A stretch of DNA of 38,348 nt from Candidatus Omnitrophota bacterium (GCA_030631915.1 DAOVKF010000002.1:1-38348); one strand, 5' to 3'. Positions 9,708 through 18,784 are shown, numbered from the stretch's first letter. The notes: a model not told the origin generated them from the letters alone. Program-made: numbers and translations.

Positions 9708-11140
9708 TATTCAGGAGATCCGGGCCAGGGAAAGAAGGCGTGAGACTGCCGGCAAGGGATTGCCCTCCGGCCGGGGCGATAGATCCTCGTTATACCAGAA
9801 CCGAGGCCGCGGAACTTCCGGGTTTATCCGAGCCAGAGGTTGTGAGACACTTTACCAGACTTTCAAGGATGAACTTCGGGGTGGATTCGCATTTTTATCC
9901 GCTCGGGTCCTGCACCATGAAATATAACCCGAAATTTCTTGAGAAGATCGCGAACCTGGAGTGTTTCGCGTCGCTGCATCCCCTTCAGCCGCAGCTCGTA
10001 AAGGGAGCGACGCTTACCCAGGGCGCGCTTGAGGTAATAAACGGTCTTGAAAGGGCGTTGTGTGAAATAAGCGGCATGGATGAATTCACCACTCATCCCA
10101 TGGCAGGCGCGCACGGCGAACTTACCGGGGTCATGCTCATTGCCGCTTATCACAAAAGTAAAGGGGAAAGGCGGAAGTACATATTGATCCCGGATTCAGG
10201 GCACGGCACCAACCCTGCCAGCGCCGCTATCGCCGGATATGAGGTCAGGTCGATCACGACCGATGAGAACGGTGTCATGGACATCGCGGAATTCGAGAAG
10301 GCCCTTGACCGGGAGGCCGCGGGCGTGATGCTTACCTGTCCCAACACGCTCGGTATATTCAACCCGCGGATAAAAGAAATAGCTGATATGGCCCATGAGG
10401 CGGGAGCTCTCATGTATTACGACGGCGCGAACCTGAACGCGATAATGGGCAAGGCCAGGCCCGGCGATCTCGGGTTTGATATAGTGCATCTCAATATCCA
10501 CAAGACCTTTGGGACGCCTCATGGCGGCGGCGGGCCGGGCGCGGGGCCGGTAGGAGTCAAAGAGTATCTTGCGCCGTTTCTGCCTGTTTCGCGTGTTATA
10601 AAAGGAACGGACGGCGCGTTTGCGCTGGACTATGACAGGCCTTTTTCCATAGGCTACATTGCCCCTTTTTACGGGAATTTCGCGGTATTGCTTAAAGCGT
10701 ACGTGTATATACTTCTGCTGGGCGGGGAAGGGCTCCGGAGAGTGAGCGAGCATGCCGTTTTAAACGCGAATTACCTTAAAAGCCGGCTGGAACATCATTA
10801 TGATATCCCTTACGCCGAGAACTGTATGCATGAATTCGTGATATCAGCGGCGCGGCAGGCGGAAAGAGGTGTCCACGCCATTGATATCGCGAAAGCGCTC
10901 ATAGACAGAGGCATACACCCGCCCACCGTGTATTTCCCCCTTAATGTAAAAGAAGCCATTATGATCGAACCCACGGAGACCGAGTCCAGAGAGACACTTG
11001 ACAGGTTCATAGATGTCATGATCGAGCTTGCCGGACTGGCGGAAAAGGACCCGGCCGCCTTCCGGGAATTTCCGAAGACCGCGCCTGTCGGCCGGCTGGA
11101 CGAGGTCAAAGCCGCCAGGGACATGGACCTCTGTGCGTAG
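9698..11140 (+). CDS. gcvPB: glycine dehydrogenase (decarboxylating) subunit 2
   Basis: The PLP-lysine region HLNIHKTFGTPHGGGGPGAGPVGV is present. The GTG start follows GGAGGAGG and overlaps the gcvPA end by 10 nt. Confidence 0.93.
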   Translation: MELIFRRSGPGKEGVRLPARDCPPAGAIDPRYTRTEAAELPGLSEPEVVRHFTRLSRMNFGVDSHFYPLGSCTMKYNPKFLEKIANLECFASLHPLQPQLVKGATLTQGALEVINGLERALCEISGMDEFTTHPMAGAHGELTGVMLIAAYHKSKGERRKYILIPDSGHGTNPASAAIAGYEVRSITTDENGVMDIAEFEKALDREAAGVMLTCPNTLGIFNPRIKEIADMAHEAGALMYYDGANLNAIMGKARPGDLGFDIVHLNIHKTFGTPHGGGGPGAGPVGVKEYLAPFLPVSRVIKGTDGAFALDYDRPFSIGYIAPFYGNFAVLLKAYVYILLLGGEGLRRVSEHAVLNANYLKSRLEHHYDIPYAENCMHEFVISAARQAERGVHAIDIAKALIDRGIHPPTVYFPLNVKEAIMIEPTETESRETLDRFIDVMIELAGLAEKDPAAFREFPKTAPVGRLDEVKAARDMDLCA

Positions 11141-11218
11141 GGGGCCCCTGGTAGGAACATGGTAAACGGTCGTTACTCGTGTTCAGGGATACCCGAGTAG
11201 AAATACGTGTATTAGAAA

Positions 11219-11944
11219 ATGAAACTCGTTAATTACCAACCCTCCAGTCCGGAAGAATCAGTGGCACTGGACGAACTGCTTCTTCATAAAGCCGAAACCG
11301 GTGGCATCGGCGAGACCCTGCGTTTATGGACCCCTGATGAATATTTTATCGCGGCGGGCCGGGCCTCCACGATATCGCAGGATTGTTTTATGGAAAGATG
11401 CCGGCGCGAGAGAATAAAGATAATAAGACGCATATCAGGCGGCGGGACCGTGCTGCAGGGGCCGGGTTGCCTGAATTATTCCCTGGTCCTTGCTTATGAG
11501 AGCGACGGAAAGTACCGGCTCATCCGTACTTCCTACCTCGCGATTCTGGAGAGGGTAGCCGGCCTTTTGAGGGACAGGGGCCTTGCGGCGGAATTTTTCC
11601 CTGTTTCGGATCTCGCGATAGACGGTAAAAAGATATCCGGCAACGCCCAGGCGAGAAAACGTTCCTATCTGCTTCATCACGGCACTTTTATGGTGGATTT
11701 TGATATTGACCGGATATCGGGTCTTTTGAGGCATCCCGCCTCGGAACCGGAGTATAGAAAGGGCAGGCCGCACCGGGATTTTGTGCGTAATATTCCGGTG
11801 GACATGGAGGAAATGAAGCGGGTGATCATGAAGGCGTTTTCAGCCGCAGAAGGCGAATGGGAACCCGCCTCCGGCGATACAGAGGAATTAAAGTCGCTTA
11901 TCTCGCGGAAATACGCGGATAAAGGGTGGAATTACATGTTTTAG
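11219..11944 (+). CDS. biotin/lipoate A/B protein ligase family protein (lipoate-protein ligase or octanoyltransferase-like)
   Basis: RRISGGGTVLQGPGCLNYSLV and GKKISGNAQARKRSYLLHHGTFMVDFD (catalytic Lys context) are present. The gene sits directly after the gcv genes. Confidence 0.8.
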   Translation: MKLVNYQPSSPEESVALDELLLHKAETGGIGETLRLWTPDEYFIAAGRASTISQDCFMERCRRERIKIIRRISGGGTVLQGPGCLNYSLVLAYESDGKYRLIRTSYLAILERVAGLLRDRGLAAEFFPVSDLAIDGKKISGNAQARKRSYLLHHGTFMVDFDIDRISGLLRHPASEPEYRKGRPHRDFVRNIPVDMEEMKRVIMKAFSAAEGEWEPASGDTEELKSLISRKYADKGWNYMF

Positions 11945-11999
11945 AGTAGAGTGAGCATATCCTGATACACTGATATGCTTAACCGGGGGCTCCGCGTTA

Positions 12000-12404
12000 T
12001 TACAGCTTTTCCAGAATGAGCCGGTCCGCCTTTTTAAGAGCGGTGCTGCTGAGGGAACTCAGGGTTACGCTGGTCCTGCCTTGTCCCGCGGATTCAAAGA
12101 AGATGCCCACCCGCGTGGTATCGGTTTGTTTCGGAAAACCCATTACTATGATATAACCTTTGTCCGGGTTGCTCTGATATATGGTCAGGCCGCCGGCTTT
12201 CAGTATTCCCGTGATCTTATCAAAGGTTTTGTCACGCGGGAGATCGATCTCTTTTGTTATGCCGGTGCTTCGCGCTTTTTCAAGGTCAGTGTGCCCCACG
12301 CCGAAAACGTCACCCATGTTTTCCGGATATGACACGCATCCGCCTGTCAGGAAAACGATTGACAGAAGAACAATAGTCATGAATATGTCCTGTCTGGTTC
12401 TCAT
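12000..12404 (-). CDS. hypothetical lipoprotein
   Basis: MRTRQDIFMTIVLLSIVFLTGGC has a signal peptide with the lipobox LTGGC. The start is uncertain: ATG 12404 is preferred, the alternatives are ATG 12380 and TTG 12440, and there is no clear SD. Confidence 0.55.
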   Translation of the reverse strand: MRTRQDIFMTIVLLSIVFLTGGCVSYPENMGDVFGVGHTDLEKARSTGITKEIDLPRDKTFDKITGILKAGGLTIYQSNPDKGYIIVMGFPKQTDTTRVGIFFESAGQGRTSVTLSSLSSTALKKADRLILEKL

Positions 12405-12472
12405 GGACACAATTATACACTCCCTGTTCCGGGGACACAATACTTAATTCGTAACAGGTTTTATTCTTCCCG

Positions 12473-12501
12473 TTGACATGCTGAGATTTGTATTATAACA
12501 T
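12473..12501 (+). promoter_or_regulatory. candidate sigma70-type promoter for pckG
   Basis: A perfect TTGACA lies at 12473-12478. The -10 candidates are TATAAC (12494, 15-nt spacer) or TAACAT (12496, 17-nt spacer), so the -10 is only moderately good. Confidence 0.35.
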
Positions 12502-12558
12502 ATATTGTTAGATCTATAGCGCTGTGTTGACAGAGCGTGAATGGGGATAAGGAGAATA

Positions 12559-14451
12559 ATGAAGAAGGAACATAAAGACGTCCTGTTGCGGAAATGCGGG
12601 GAAAAAAATTACGGAAAACTTGAGGGACTGGATAACCCGGGGCTTATCGCGTTCCTCGCTGAATACGTCGGATTGTGTAACCCGGGATCGGTCTTTATCC
12701 GCACCGATTCAGAGGATGACGCGGAGTATATACGCAAAAAGGCGCTGGAGACCGGGGAGGAAAAAGAGTTGCGGATACCCGGGCACACGGTCCATTTTGA
12801 CGGATATTATGACCAGGCGAGGGATAAAACAAATACCAGATATCTTCTCAGGCCGGACGAGGTCCTCGGCTCCGATATAAGTTTTATTGACAGAGAAGAA
12901 GGCCTGAAAGAGATCCGCGCTATCCTGAAGGATATAATGGCGGGCAAGGAAATGTACATATCTTTCTTCTGCCTGGGGCCCACGGATTCTGAATTCTCCA
13001 TTTCCGCGGTGCAGATAACCGATTCTACTTACGTGGCCCATTCAGAGGACATCCTTTACCGCAGCGGGTATGAGCAGTTTAAAAGGTTATCCGGCGCCGA
13101 CAGATTTTTCCGCTTTGTGCACAGCGCCGGGGCGCTGGAGAACCGTGTCAGCCGCGACGTGTATAACCGGCGGGTGTATATAGATCTTGAAGAAGAGATG
13201 GTATACAGCGCCAATACCCAGTACGCGGGAAATACCGTGGGGTTGAAGAAACTGGCCATGCGTCTGGCCATAAAACGGGCTTCCGAAGAGGGGTGGCTGA
13301 CCGAACACATGTTTGTCATGGGTGTCCACGGGCCGGATAAAAAAAGGTTGACCTATTTTACCGGTTCTTTTCCCAGCGCGTGCGGGAAGACCGCGACCGC
13401 CATGCTGGAGGGGGAAAAGATAATAGGCGACGATATAGCATATCTTCGCTGCAAGAACGGAAACATCCGGGCCGTGAATGTGGAAAGCGGCATTTTCGGG
13501 ATCATAAAGGATGTCAGCGCCCGGAGCGATCCGGCGATATTCAAGGCCCTTACCTCGCCGGCGGAGATAATATTTTCCAACGTTCTGGTGACGACCGACA
13601 ACAGGCCGGACTGGCTCGGCAGCGGGGAGCCGGAACCCGAGGAGGGCGTTAATTTCGCGGGGAAATGGTATCAGGGCAGAAAGGGGCCTGACGACAACGA
13701 GATACTGCCAGCGCACAAGAACGCCCGGTACACGATCCGGCTGGAAAGCCTGGAAAATTGTGATGAAAACCTTGCAAACCCCGAAGGGGTCAAAATAGGC
13801 GGAGTGATATACGGCGGCCGTGATTCAGATACCAATGTCCCGGTGGAACAGTCTTTTGACTGGGCGCACGGAATACTGACGCAGGCGGCCACGATCGAAT
13901 CAGAGACCACAGCGGCCACTCTGGGGAAAGAGGGCGTCAGAAAATTCAACCTCATGGCAAACCTGGATTTTCTTTCCATCCCCATAGGAAGATACATACA
14001 GAACAATCTGGATATAGTGGAGGGGATCAAAGACCCGCCGCTGATATTCCACGTGAATTATTTTCTTAAAGGAAAGGACGGAAATTACCTTAACGGGATA
14101 AAGGATAAACACGTATGGGTCAGATGGATGGAGTTGCGGGTCAACGGGGAAGCCGGCGCCGTTAAGACGCCGACGGGATATTTCCCCGCATATCAGGACC
14201 TTGTTCCCTTGTTCAGGGAGGTCCTTGGCAGGGGCTACACCAGGGAGGAATATGAGGAGCAGTTCACTCTGCGTATCCCCGAGCGCATGGACAAGAAAAA
14301 GAGAATAAAGAAGATATATCATTCCAAGGTATTCGATACCCCTCATGCCCTGATGAAAGCCCTGGACGATCAGATGGCCAGGCTTGAAGAGTGCAGGAAG
14401 AAGCACGGGGATTATGTGTCTCCGTTTGTGCTCGAGGGGTTGTTGCAATGA
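12559..14451 (+). CDS. pckG: phosphoenolpyruvate carboxykinase (GTP)
   Basis: The kinase-1a motif FPSACGKT is present, and GIFGI, the size and the overall pattern fit GTP-PEPCK. The start is set to ATG 12559, which is preceded by AAGGAG; the ORF-track ATG at 12541 has no SD. Confidence 0.93.
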   Translation: MKKEHKDVLLRKCGEKNYGKLEGLDNPGLIAFLAEYVGLCNPGSVFIRTDSEDDAEYIRKKALETGEEKELRIPGHTVHFDGYYDQARDKTNTRYLLRPDEVLGSDISFIDREEGLKEIRAILKDIMAGKEMYISFFCLGPTDSEFSISAVQITDSTYVAHSEDILYRSGYEQFKRLSGADRFFRFVHSAGALENRVSRDVYNRRVYIDLEEEMVYSANTQYAGNTVGLKKLAMRLAIKRASEEGWLTEHMFVMGVHGPDKKRLTYFTGSFPSACGKTATAMLEGEKIIGDDIAYLRCKNGNIRAVNVESGIFGIIKDVSARSDPAIFKALTSPAEIIFSNVLVTTDNRPDWLGSGEPEPEEGVNFAGKWYQGRKGPDDNEILPAHKNARYTIRLESLENCDENLANPEGVKIGGVIYGGRDSDTNVPVEQSFDWAHGILTQAATIESETTAATLGKEGVRKFNLMANLDFLSIPIGRYIQNNLDIVEGIKDPPLIFHVNYFLKGKDGNYLNGIKDKHVWVRWMELRVNGEAGAVKTPTGYFPAYQDLVPLFREVLGRGYTREEYEEQFTLRIPERMDKKKRIKKIYHSKVFDTPHALMKALDDQMARLEECRKKHGDYVSPFVLEGLLQ

Positions 14452-15356
14452 TACAGGAGAGTCCGTTGTTGACGCTGGAATTGCCGGGTATCCCGTTTTT
14501 TAAAAGGGGCAAGGTCAGGGACGTTTACGATCTGGGCGATAAACTGCTGTTTGTCGCCACGGACCGGATCTCCGCGTTCGACGTGATAATGAAGAACGGG
14601 ATACCGGCCAAAGGCAAGGTCCTTAACTCTATCTCCGAGTTCTGGTTCGGGTTCACGGAGGACATCATCGCCAATCATGTGATAACGTCTGATATGGCCG
14701 GGATGATCGACCTGGAGCCCGCGCTGGAGGGATACAGGGACCTGCTTGAAGGCAGGAGCATGCTCGTAAAAAAAGCGGAACCGGTCCCGGTCGAGTGCAT
14801 AGTAAGAGGATATATTTCCGGTTCAGGCTGGAAGGATTACACAAAGTCCGGCAAAATATGCGGCATTGACCTGCCCGAAGGATTGAAGGAATCCGACAGG
14901 CTCCGGGAACCGATATTCACGCCTTCCACGAAAGCGGAATCCGGGCATGACGAAAATATATCCCAGGAAGAGATGATCGAACAGGTCGGCGGGGAAGTAT
15001 TTCAACTGTTAAAGGAAAAGAGCGTGTCCGTTTATGAAAAGGCCAGGGATTACGCCGAGTCCAGGGGAATAATCATTGCGGATACAAAACTGGAGTTCGG
15101 CAGGACACAGGACGGGATAATACTTGTGGACGAGGTGCTTACGCCCGATTCTTCGCGTTTCTGGCCGAAGGACGGATACGCTCCCGGCCGCTCCCAGAAG
15201 AGTTTTGACAAGCAGTTTGTCCGGGATTATCTGGAGACCCTGGATTGGGACAAAACCCCGCCTGGGCCCGAACTTCCGGAAGACATCGTTCGGAAGACGT
15301 CAGAGAAATACAGGGAAGCGTACCGCATCCTCACCGGGCGCCAACTTCCCCTTTGA
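14448..15356 (+). CDS. purC: phosphoribosylaminoimidazole-succinocarboxamide (SAICAR) synthase
   Basis: [25 protein letters not shown] and [10 protein letters not shown] are present. ATG 14448 overlaps the pckG stop (ATGA). Confidence 0.92.
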   Translation: MIQESPLLTLELPGIPFFKRGKVRDVYDLGDKLLFVATDRISAFDVIMKNGIPAKGKVLNSISEFWFGFTEDIIANHVITSDMAGMIDLEPALEGYRDLLEGRSMLVKKAEPVPVECIVRGYISGSGWKDYTKSGKICGIDLPEGLKESDRLREPIFTPSTKAESGHDENISQEEMIEQVGGEVFQLLKEKSVSVYEKARDYAESRGIIIADTKLEFGRTQDGIILVDEVLTPDSSRFWPKDGYAPGRSQKSFDKQFVRDYLETLDWDKTPPGPELPEDIVRKTSEKYREAYRILTGRQLPL

Positions 15357-15393
15357 TGAAAATAACGAATTACCGATCACGAGTTGCGAAACA

Positions 15394-16416
15394 ATGAGAC
15401 CGCCTATCCTGAGGATCGATCCTCGCGACATAGACCCTGAACTGGTCAAAGAAGCCGCGCACCTTATCAATAACAGGGGACTTGTCGCTTTTCCCACAGA
15501 GACCGTTTACGGGCTCGGGGCGGATGCCATGGACCCGGGAGCCGTAAGCAGGATATTTGAGGCAAAAAAACGTCCCCTTGATGATCCGCTTATCGTGCAT
15601 GTAGCGGCTGAGAAGAACCTGTATGAACTGGTAGAGACCGTCCCGCCGGAAGCGAAAAAACTTATGGAACGTTTTTGGCCCGGCCCGTTGACATTGGTCT
15701 TAAAGAAGACCATGAAGGTCCCGGACATTGTTACCACGGGTCTTGATACGGTTGCCGTGCGCATGCCTTCGAATATTATAGCCAGGGAACTGATAAAAGC
15801 GGCGGAGGTCCCGATAGCCGCGCCTTCCGCCAATCTGTTCGGCCGGCCTTCTCCCACCACGGCGCAGCATGTCATGGACGATCTTGGCGATGCCGTTGAC
15901 ATGGTCATTGACGGCGGCAGGACAGAGATCGGTCTGGAGTCCACTGTTGTGGCGTTTACGGGTGGAGAGACCGTTATCCTGCGGCCCGGAGGCATCTCTC
16001 TGGAGGAGTTAAGATCGGTCGTAAAGGGGATATATGTGTACACGGACAGTGAGCTCGCGGAGAAGTCGCCGGGCAAATATCCCCGGCATTATTCTCCGCG
16101 GCCCAGGGTCGTTATTGTCGAGGAGAGCGGCAGACAGATAGAAAGCACGTTGTCTGTCGTAAGGGACAGCATTGAAGGGGGATATAAGGTCGGCATAATG
16201 TCTAAGCAGGAGCATGCTTCTTCTTACATGGAATTTGATCATAAAATACTGGGTCCGGGAGATGACGGCAGGACATGCGCTTCCAGGCTTTTTCACGTGT
16301 TAAGGGAATTTGACACCGAAGGCGTGGATATTATCGTTGCCGAAGCTCTTCAGGAGCGAGGGATAGGCCTGGCTGTAATGGACCGTTTGCGGAAAGCCGC
16401 GGCTCCGGCGGCATAG
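15394..16416 (+). CDS. tsaC: L-threonylcarbamoyladenylate synthase, long Sua5/YwlC type
   Basis: LVAFPTETVYGLGADA, KKRPLDDPLIVHV, SANLFGRPSPTTA and a C-terminal Sua5 domain are present. The start is set to ATG 15394; the ORF-track start at 15124 lies inside purC. Confidence 0.88.
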   Translation: MRPPILRIDPRDIDPELVKEAAHLINNRGLVAFPTETVYGLGADAMDPGAVSRIFEAKKRPLDDPLIVHVAAEKNLYELVETVPPEAKKLMERFWPGPLTLVLKKTMKVPDIVTTGLDTVAVRMPSNIIARELIKAAEVPIAAPSANLFGRPSPTTAQHVMDDLGDAVDMVIDGGRTEIGLESTVVAFTGGETVILRPGGISLEELRSVVKGIYVYTDSELAEKSPGKYPRHYSPRPRVVIVEESGRQIESTLSVVRDSIEGGYKVGIMSKQEHASSYMEFDHKILGPGDDGRTCASRLFHVLREFDTEGVDIIVAEALQERGIGLAVMDRLRKAAAPAA

Positions 16417-16436
16417 CGGTTTATACAGACCTTATT

Positions 16437-17636
16437 TTAATCATTTAAATCATGCAAAACGCCGGTTTTATCGGCGATATCATCATAAGAGAATATAACG
16501 ATACCGCCCGGAGAAAGTTTTTGCAGTATCCTCAGCTGTTTTTTAAGCAGCTCCGGCCTGTCATTCAGCAGGTACGCTCCCAGCCCTATATATATCCTGT
16601 CTTTGAACCCGGGGAGAAGCATGGAGCGTGAGTTCAGGTCCATAAGCGCCGGGTCGTGCGTGTAGTTCATGACCACCACATAGTCGATAAGGTCTTCCCT
16701 GAGCCAGCGCGTCCAGTCCTGAAAGCTTACCAGATACGTTCTTTCCATGGACGGAGCTATGGTGCAGGATATTTCCGAAGCAGGGGATATCTTTCCCGCG
16801 CGCGTGGATATGTCCCGGACGAGAGCGGTAACCCGATCCCTCCGCCAGCCGTCCCATTGTTTAAAATTTTCCGGGGAAGGTTTCATGTTCCGCGCGTCAA
16901 GCCCTGTTGCTGCCTGAAAATTGCGGATATTGACGTCCGCGTAGCCGTAGCTTATCCCGTGGGAGTCAAACCTGGAACCCGGCGTGAACGGGACAGCCAC
17001 GGGATACCTTACGTAATCGAGGTGAAGGCCCGCGAATCCCGGATATTTTTTCAGTATCTCTTCCGCTACGGATACGAGATATTTTCTTACGCGTTCGTCC
17101 CCGGGTTCAAGGAAGAGCTGGTTTTCGCGGATGTAATATTTATCTAACCCGTCTTTGTTACCTTTTCTCAGCGGACTCCTTCCGTGCCGGTCCTGTGTCA
17201 GGACTTCTTCGCCCAGGCCGTCCAGTATCGCGGCATTTTCGTTCTGGGCCAGGCTGAGCAGATTTATCCAGGCGTATATTTTTATGTTGTTTTTACCGGC
17301 CTGCGCGAGCAGGTATTTCAGGGGGTCGCTGTCAGCGCCGGCCGCTGCTTTTTCATATTCGGTTTTTGGAGCGATGTCCGAATCATAATAGGCCTTGCCG
17401 GCCCGGTATATCTGCAGGTAAACGTGGTCTATGCCCGCGTTCCTGCAGTTTTTGAGCATGCGGTCCGCGTTTTCCCTTGAATATAACACCTTTTCCGGCG
17501 AGAACACGCTTATCCACACGCCCCGGCGGGGAATGCCTGATGGGGTGTCCGTCCCGGCAGAGCATGAATCCCGGCATGCGAAGCAAAGACCAAAAAAAAG
17601 GAAAAGACTTATAAATACGATCTGTCTGTTTTTCAC
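16437..17636 (-). CDS. GHL10/DUF187 (YddW/YngK-like) glycoside-hydrolase-like lipoprotein
   Basis: RGVWISVFS...NAGIDHVYLQIYRAGKAYYDS...YAWINLL...GLHLDYVRYP is the TIM-barrel GHL10 pattern. I propose a GTG start at 17636, giving VKNRQIVFISLFLFFGLCFAC (signal peptide plus Cys). The 61-codon upstream extension in the ORF track is A/T-rich repeat DNA. Confidence 0.7.
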   Translation of the reverse strand: MKNRQIVFISLFLFFGLCFACRDSCSAGTDTPSGIPRRGVWISVFSPEKVLYSRENADRMLKNCRNAGIDHVYLQIYRAGKAYYDSDIAPKTEYEKAAAGADSDPLKYLLAQAGKNNIKIYAWINLLSLAQNENAAILDGLGEEVLTQDRHGRSPLRKGNKDGLDKYYIRENQLFLEPGDERVRKYLVSVAEEILKKYPGFAGLHLDYVRYPVAVPFTPGSRFDSHGISYGYADVNIRNFQAATGLDARNMKPSPENFKQWDGWRRDRVTALVRDISTRAGKISPASEISCTIAPSMERTYLVSFQDWTRWLREDLIDYVVVMNYTHDPALMDLNSRSMLLPGFKDRIYIGLGAYLLNDRPELLKKQLRILQKLSPGGIVIFSYDDIADKTGVLHDLND

Positions 17637-17683
17637 GCTGATACTATAATATGCCGCCCCCCCGCTTGGCAAGAAAAAACTTG

Positions 17684-17713
17684 GGGGACATGCCTCAAGG
17701 GGACACACCTCAA
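17684..17713. repeat. tandem 15-nt direct repeat GGGGACAtgCCTCAA / GGGGACAcaCCTCAA
   Basis: Read directly from the sequence: 13 of 15 positions are identical and the units are head-to-tail. The repeat lies about 50-80 nt upstream of the proposed GHL10-like start on the minus strand. Confidence 0.8.
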
Positions 17714-17826
17714 GTAAAAAAATGGCAGTTTTGTGTATAAAAAAGATAAACACCACGCAGACGCAAAAAGGGATTTTCATCCTGTTGGCGAGTCTTGTAA
17801 AAGATAAAAAAGTAATCAAAATTGCC

Positions 17827-17854
17827 TTGCATTTGTGTTAAAGTATGGTATACT
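17827..17854 (+). promoter_or_regulatory. sigma70-type promoter with extended -10, for the PEP-CTERM-like gene
   Basis: TTGCAT (17827-17832), a 16-nt spacer, then TGgTATACT (-10 hexamer at 17849-17854). Confidence 0.55.
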
Positions 17855-17991
17855 TGCTTATGTCAAGAGTTTTACAAAGATTTTAATGAGTTTTAAATAA
17901 TCATTCCCCAAAGGAATGGGTTAATGAGTAAATGAGTTAATTGGGGTAGATCATGAAACGATTAACAAACGAAATAAAAGAGGAAAGAAAA

Positions 17992-18627
17992 ATGAAAAAG
18001 AGTAATGTTAGTATGTTGAGGAAGATAATTATTGTGCTGGCAGTATCATGCGTGGCGATGATAGGAGCCACCCCCCTGTTCGCCGATATTTTTGGGTATC
18101 AAACACCGGGGTCTAGTGATGATTGGTCAATGTGGGCGCAGATTGGCGGTTCTGTTTTTACTATCCCCGAGGATGGCACAGCCACACAGATGTCTGCTTA
18201 TATAGGAAGCTATTCCGACAATTTAAAAATAAAAACTGCAATTTACAAGCATAGTGATTCAACTTTAGTCGCTGAGTCATTGGAAGAAAATATTAATGCT
18301 ACAGGTACGCATATCTGGCAAGATTTCACCATTTCAGCTTCTTTAACAGCGGATACAGAATATGTTTTAGTTCTTATGAGTGATGGGAACATTCCATTGA
18401 CATATAATGGCGGAGACACAGATCAGGGACATAAACAAGGGCGCAGCTATAGTGATGGATTTCCGGGCACGGCCAGTTTTAACCATAATAATAACAAATA
18501 CTCCATTTACTGCACTTATACACCTGGCGGCGGCGGCGTGCCGGAGGTGCCGGCAGGCGCGATGCCGTTCATGGGCGCGCTTTGCGGATTTGTCTATGTA
18601 ACGATCCGGGGAAGTCGGAGGAAGTAG
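17992..18627 (+). CDS. secreted protein with a PEP-CTERM-like C-terminal sorting tail
   Basis: MKKSNVSMLRKIIIVLAVSCVAMIGATPLFA is a signal peptide, and GAGG lies 10 nt upstream of ATG 17992. The C-terminus is PGGGGVPEVPAGAMPFMGALCGFVYVTIRGSRRK: a Gly linker, a P-E-x-P motif, a TM helix and a basic cluster. The body pattern resembles a beta-sandwich of the DUF4082 type (weak call). Confidence 0.55.
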   Translation: MKKSNVSMLRKIIIVLAVSCVAMIGATPLFADIFGYQTPGSSDDWSMWAQIGGSVFTIPEDGTATQMSAYIGSYSDNLKIKTAIYKHSDSTLVAESLEENINATGTHIWQDFTISASLTADTEYVLVLMSDGNIPLTYNGGDTDQGHKQGRSYSDGFPGTASFNHNNNKYSIYCTYTPGGGGVPEVPAGAMPFMGALCGFVYVTIRGSRRK

Positions 18628-18684
18628 CTCTTAGCTCATAGCATTGTAGGATTCTGGATATGCTGTTTAGGATTTTATAAAAAC

Positions 18685-18710
18685 GGGGACAACAGTCCCC
18701 ATTTTTTTTT
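18685..18710 (+). terminator. rho-independent terminator
   Basis: GGGGAC-AACA-GTCCCC hairpin, followed by A and then a T9 run. Confidence 0.8.
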
Positions 18711-18734
18711 ATGCCTTCCCAGCTTAGCAAATTC

Positions 18735-18764
18735 TTGATTTATGGTCCGCATGGAGTGTATAAT
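18735..18764 (+). promoter_or_regulatory. sigma70-type promoter with extended -10, for thyX
   Basis: TTGATT (18735-18740), an 18-nt spacer, then TGtTATAAT (-10 hexamer at 18759-18764). GAGGAG lies upstream of ATG 18785. Confidence 0.6.
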
Positions 18765-18784
18765 ACGGGCATGAGGAGAGAAAA

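Noticed and set aside
11954-11979. An inverted repeat AGCATAT-N12-ATATGCT between the convergent lipoate-ligase-like and lipoprotein genes might be a bidirectional terminator.
   Set aside because: The stem is A/T-rich, the loop is 12 nt, and there is no U-tract on either strand. This is too weak to annotate as a terminator.
12527-12532. A second perfect TTGACA lies just upstream of pckG.
   Set aside because: Any -10 at the correct spacing would fall on the SD/ATG region (12546-12552) and is a poor match. The upstream TTGACA at 12473 is the more plausible -35.
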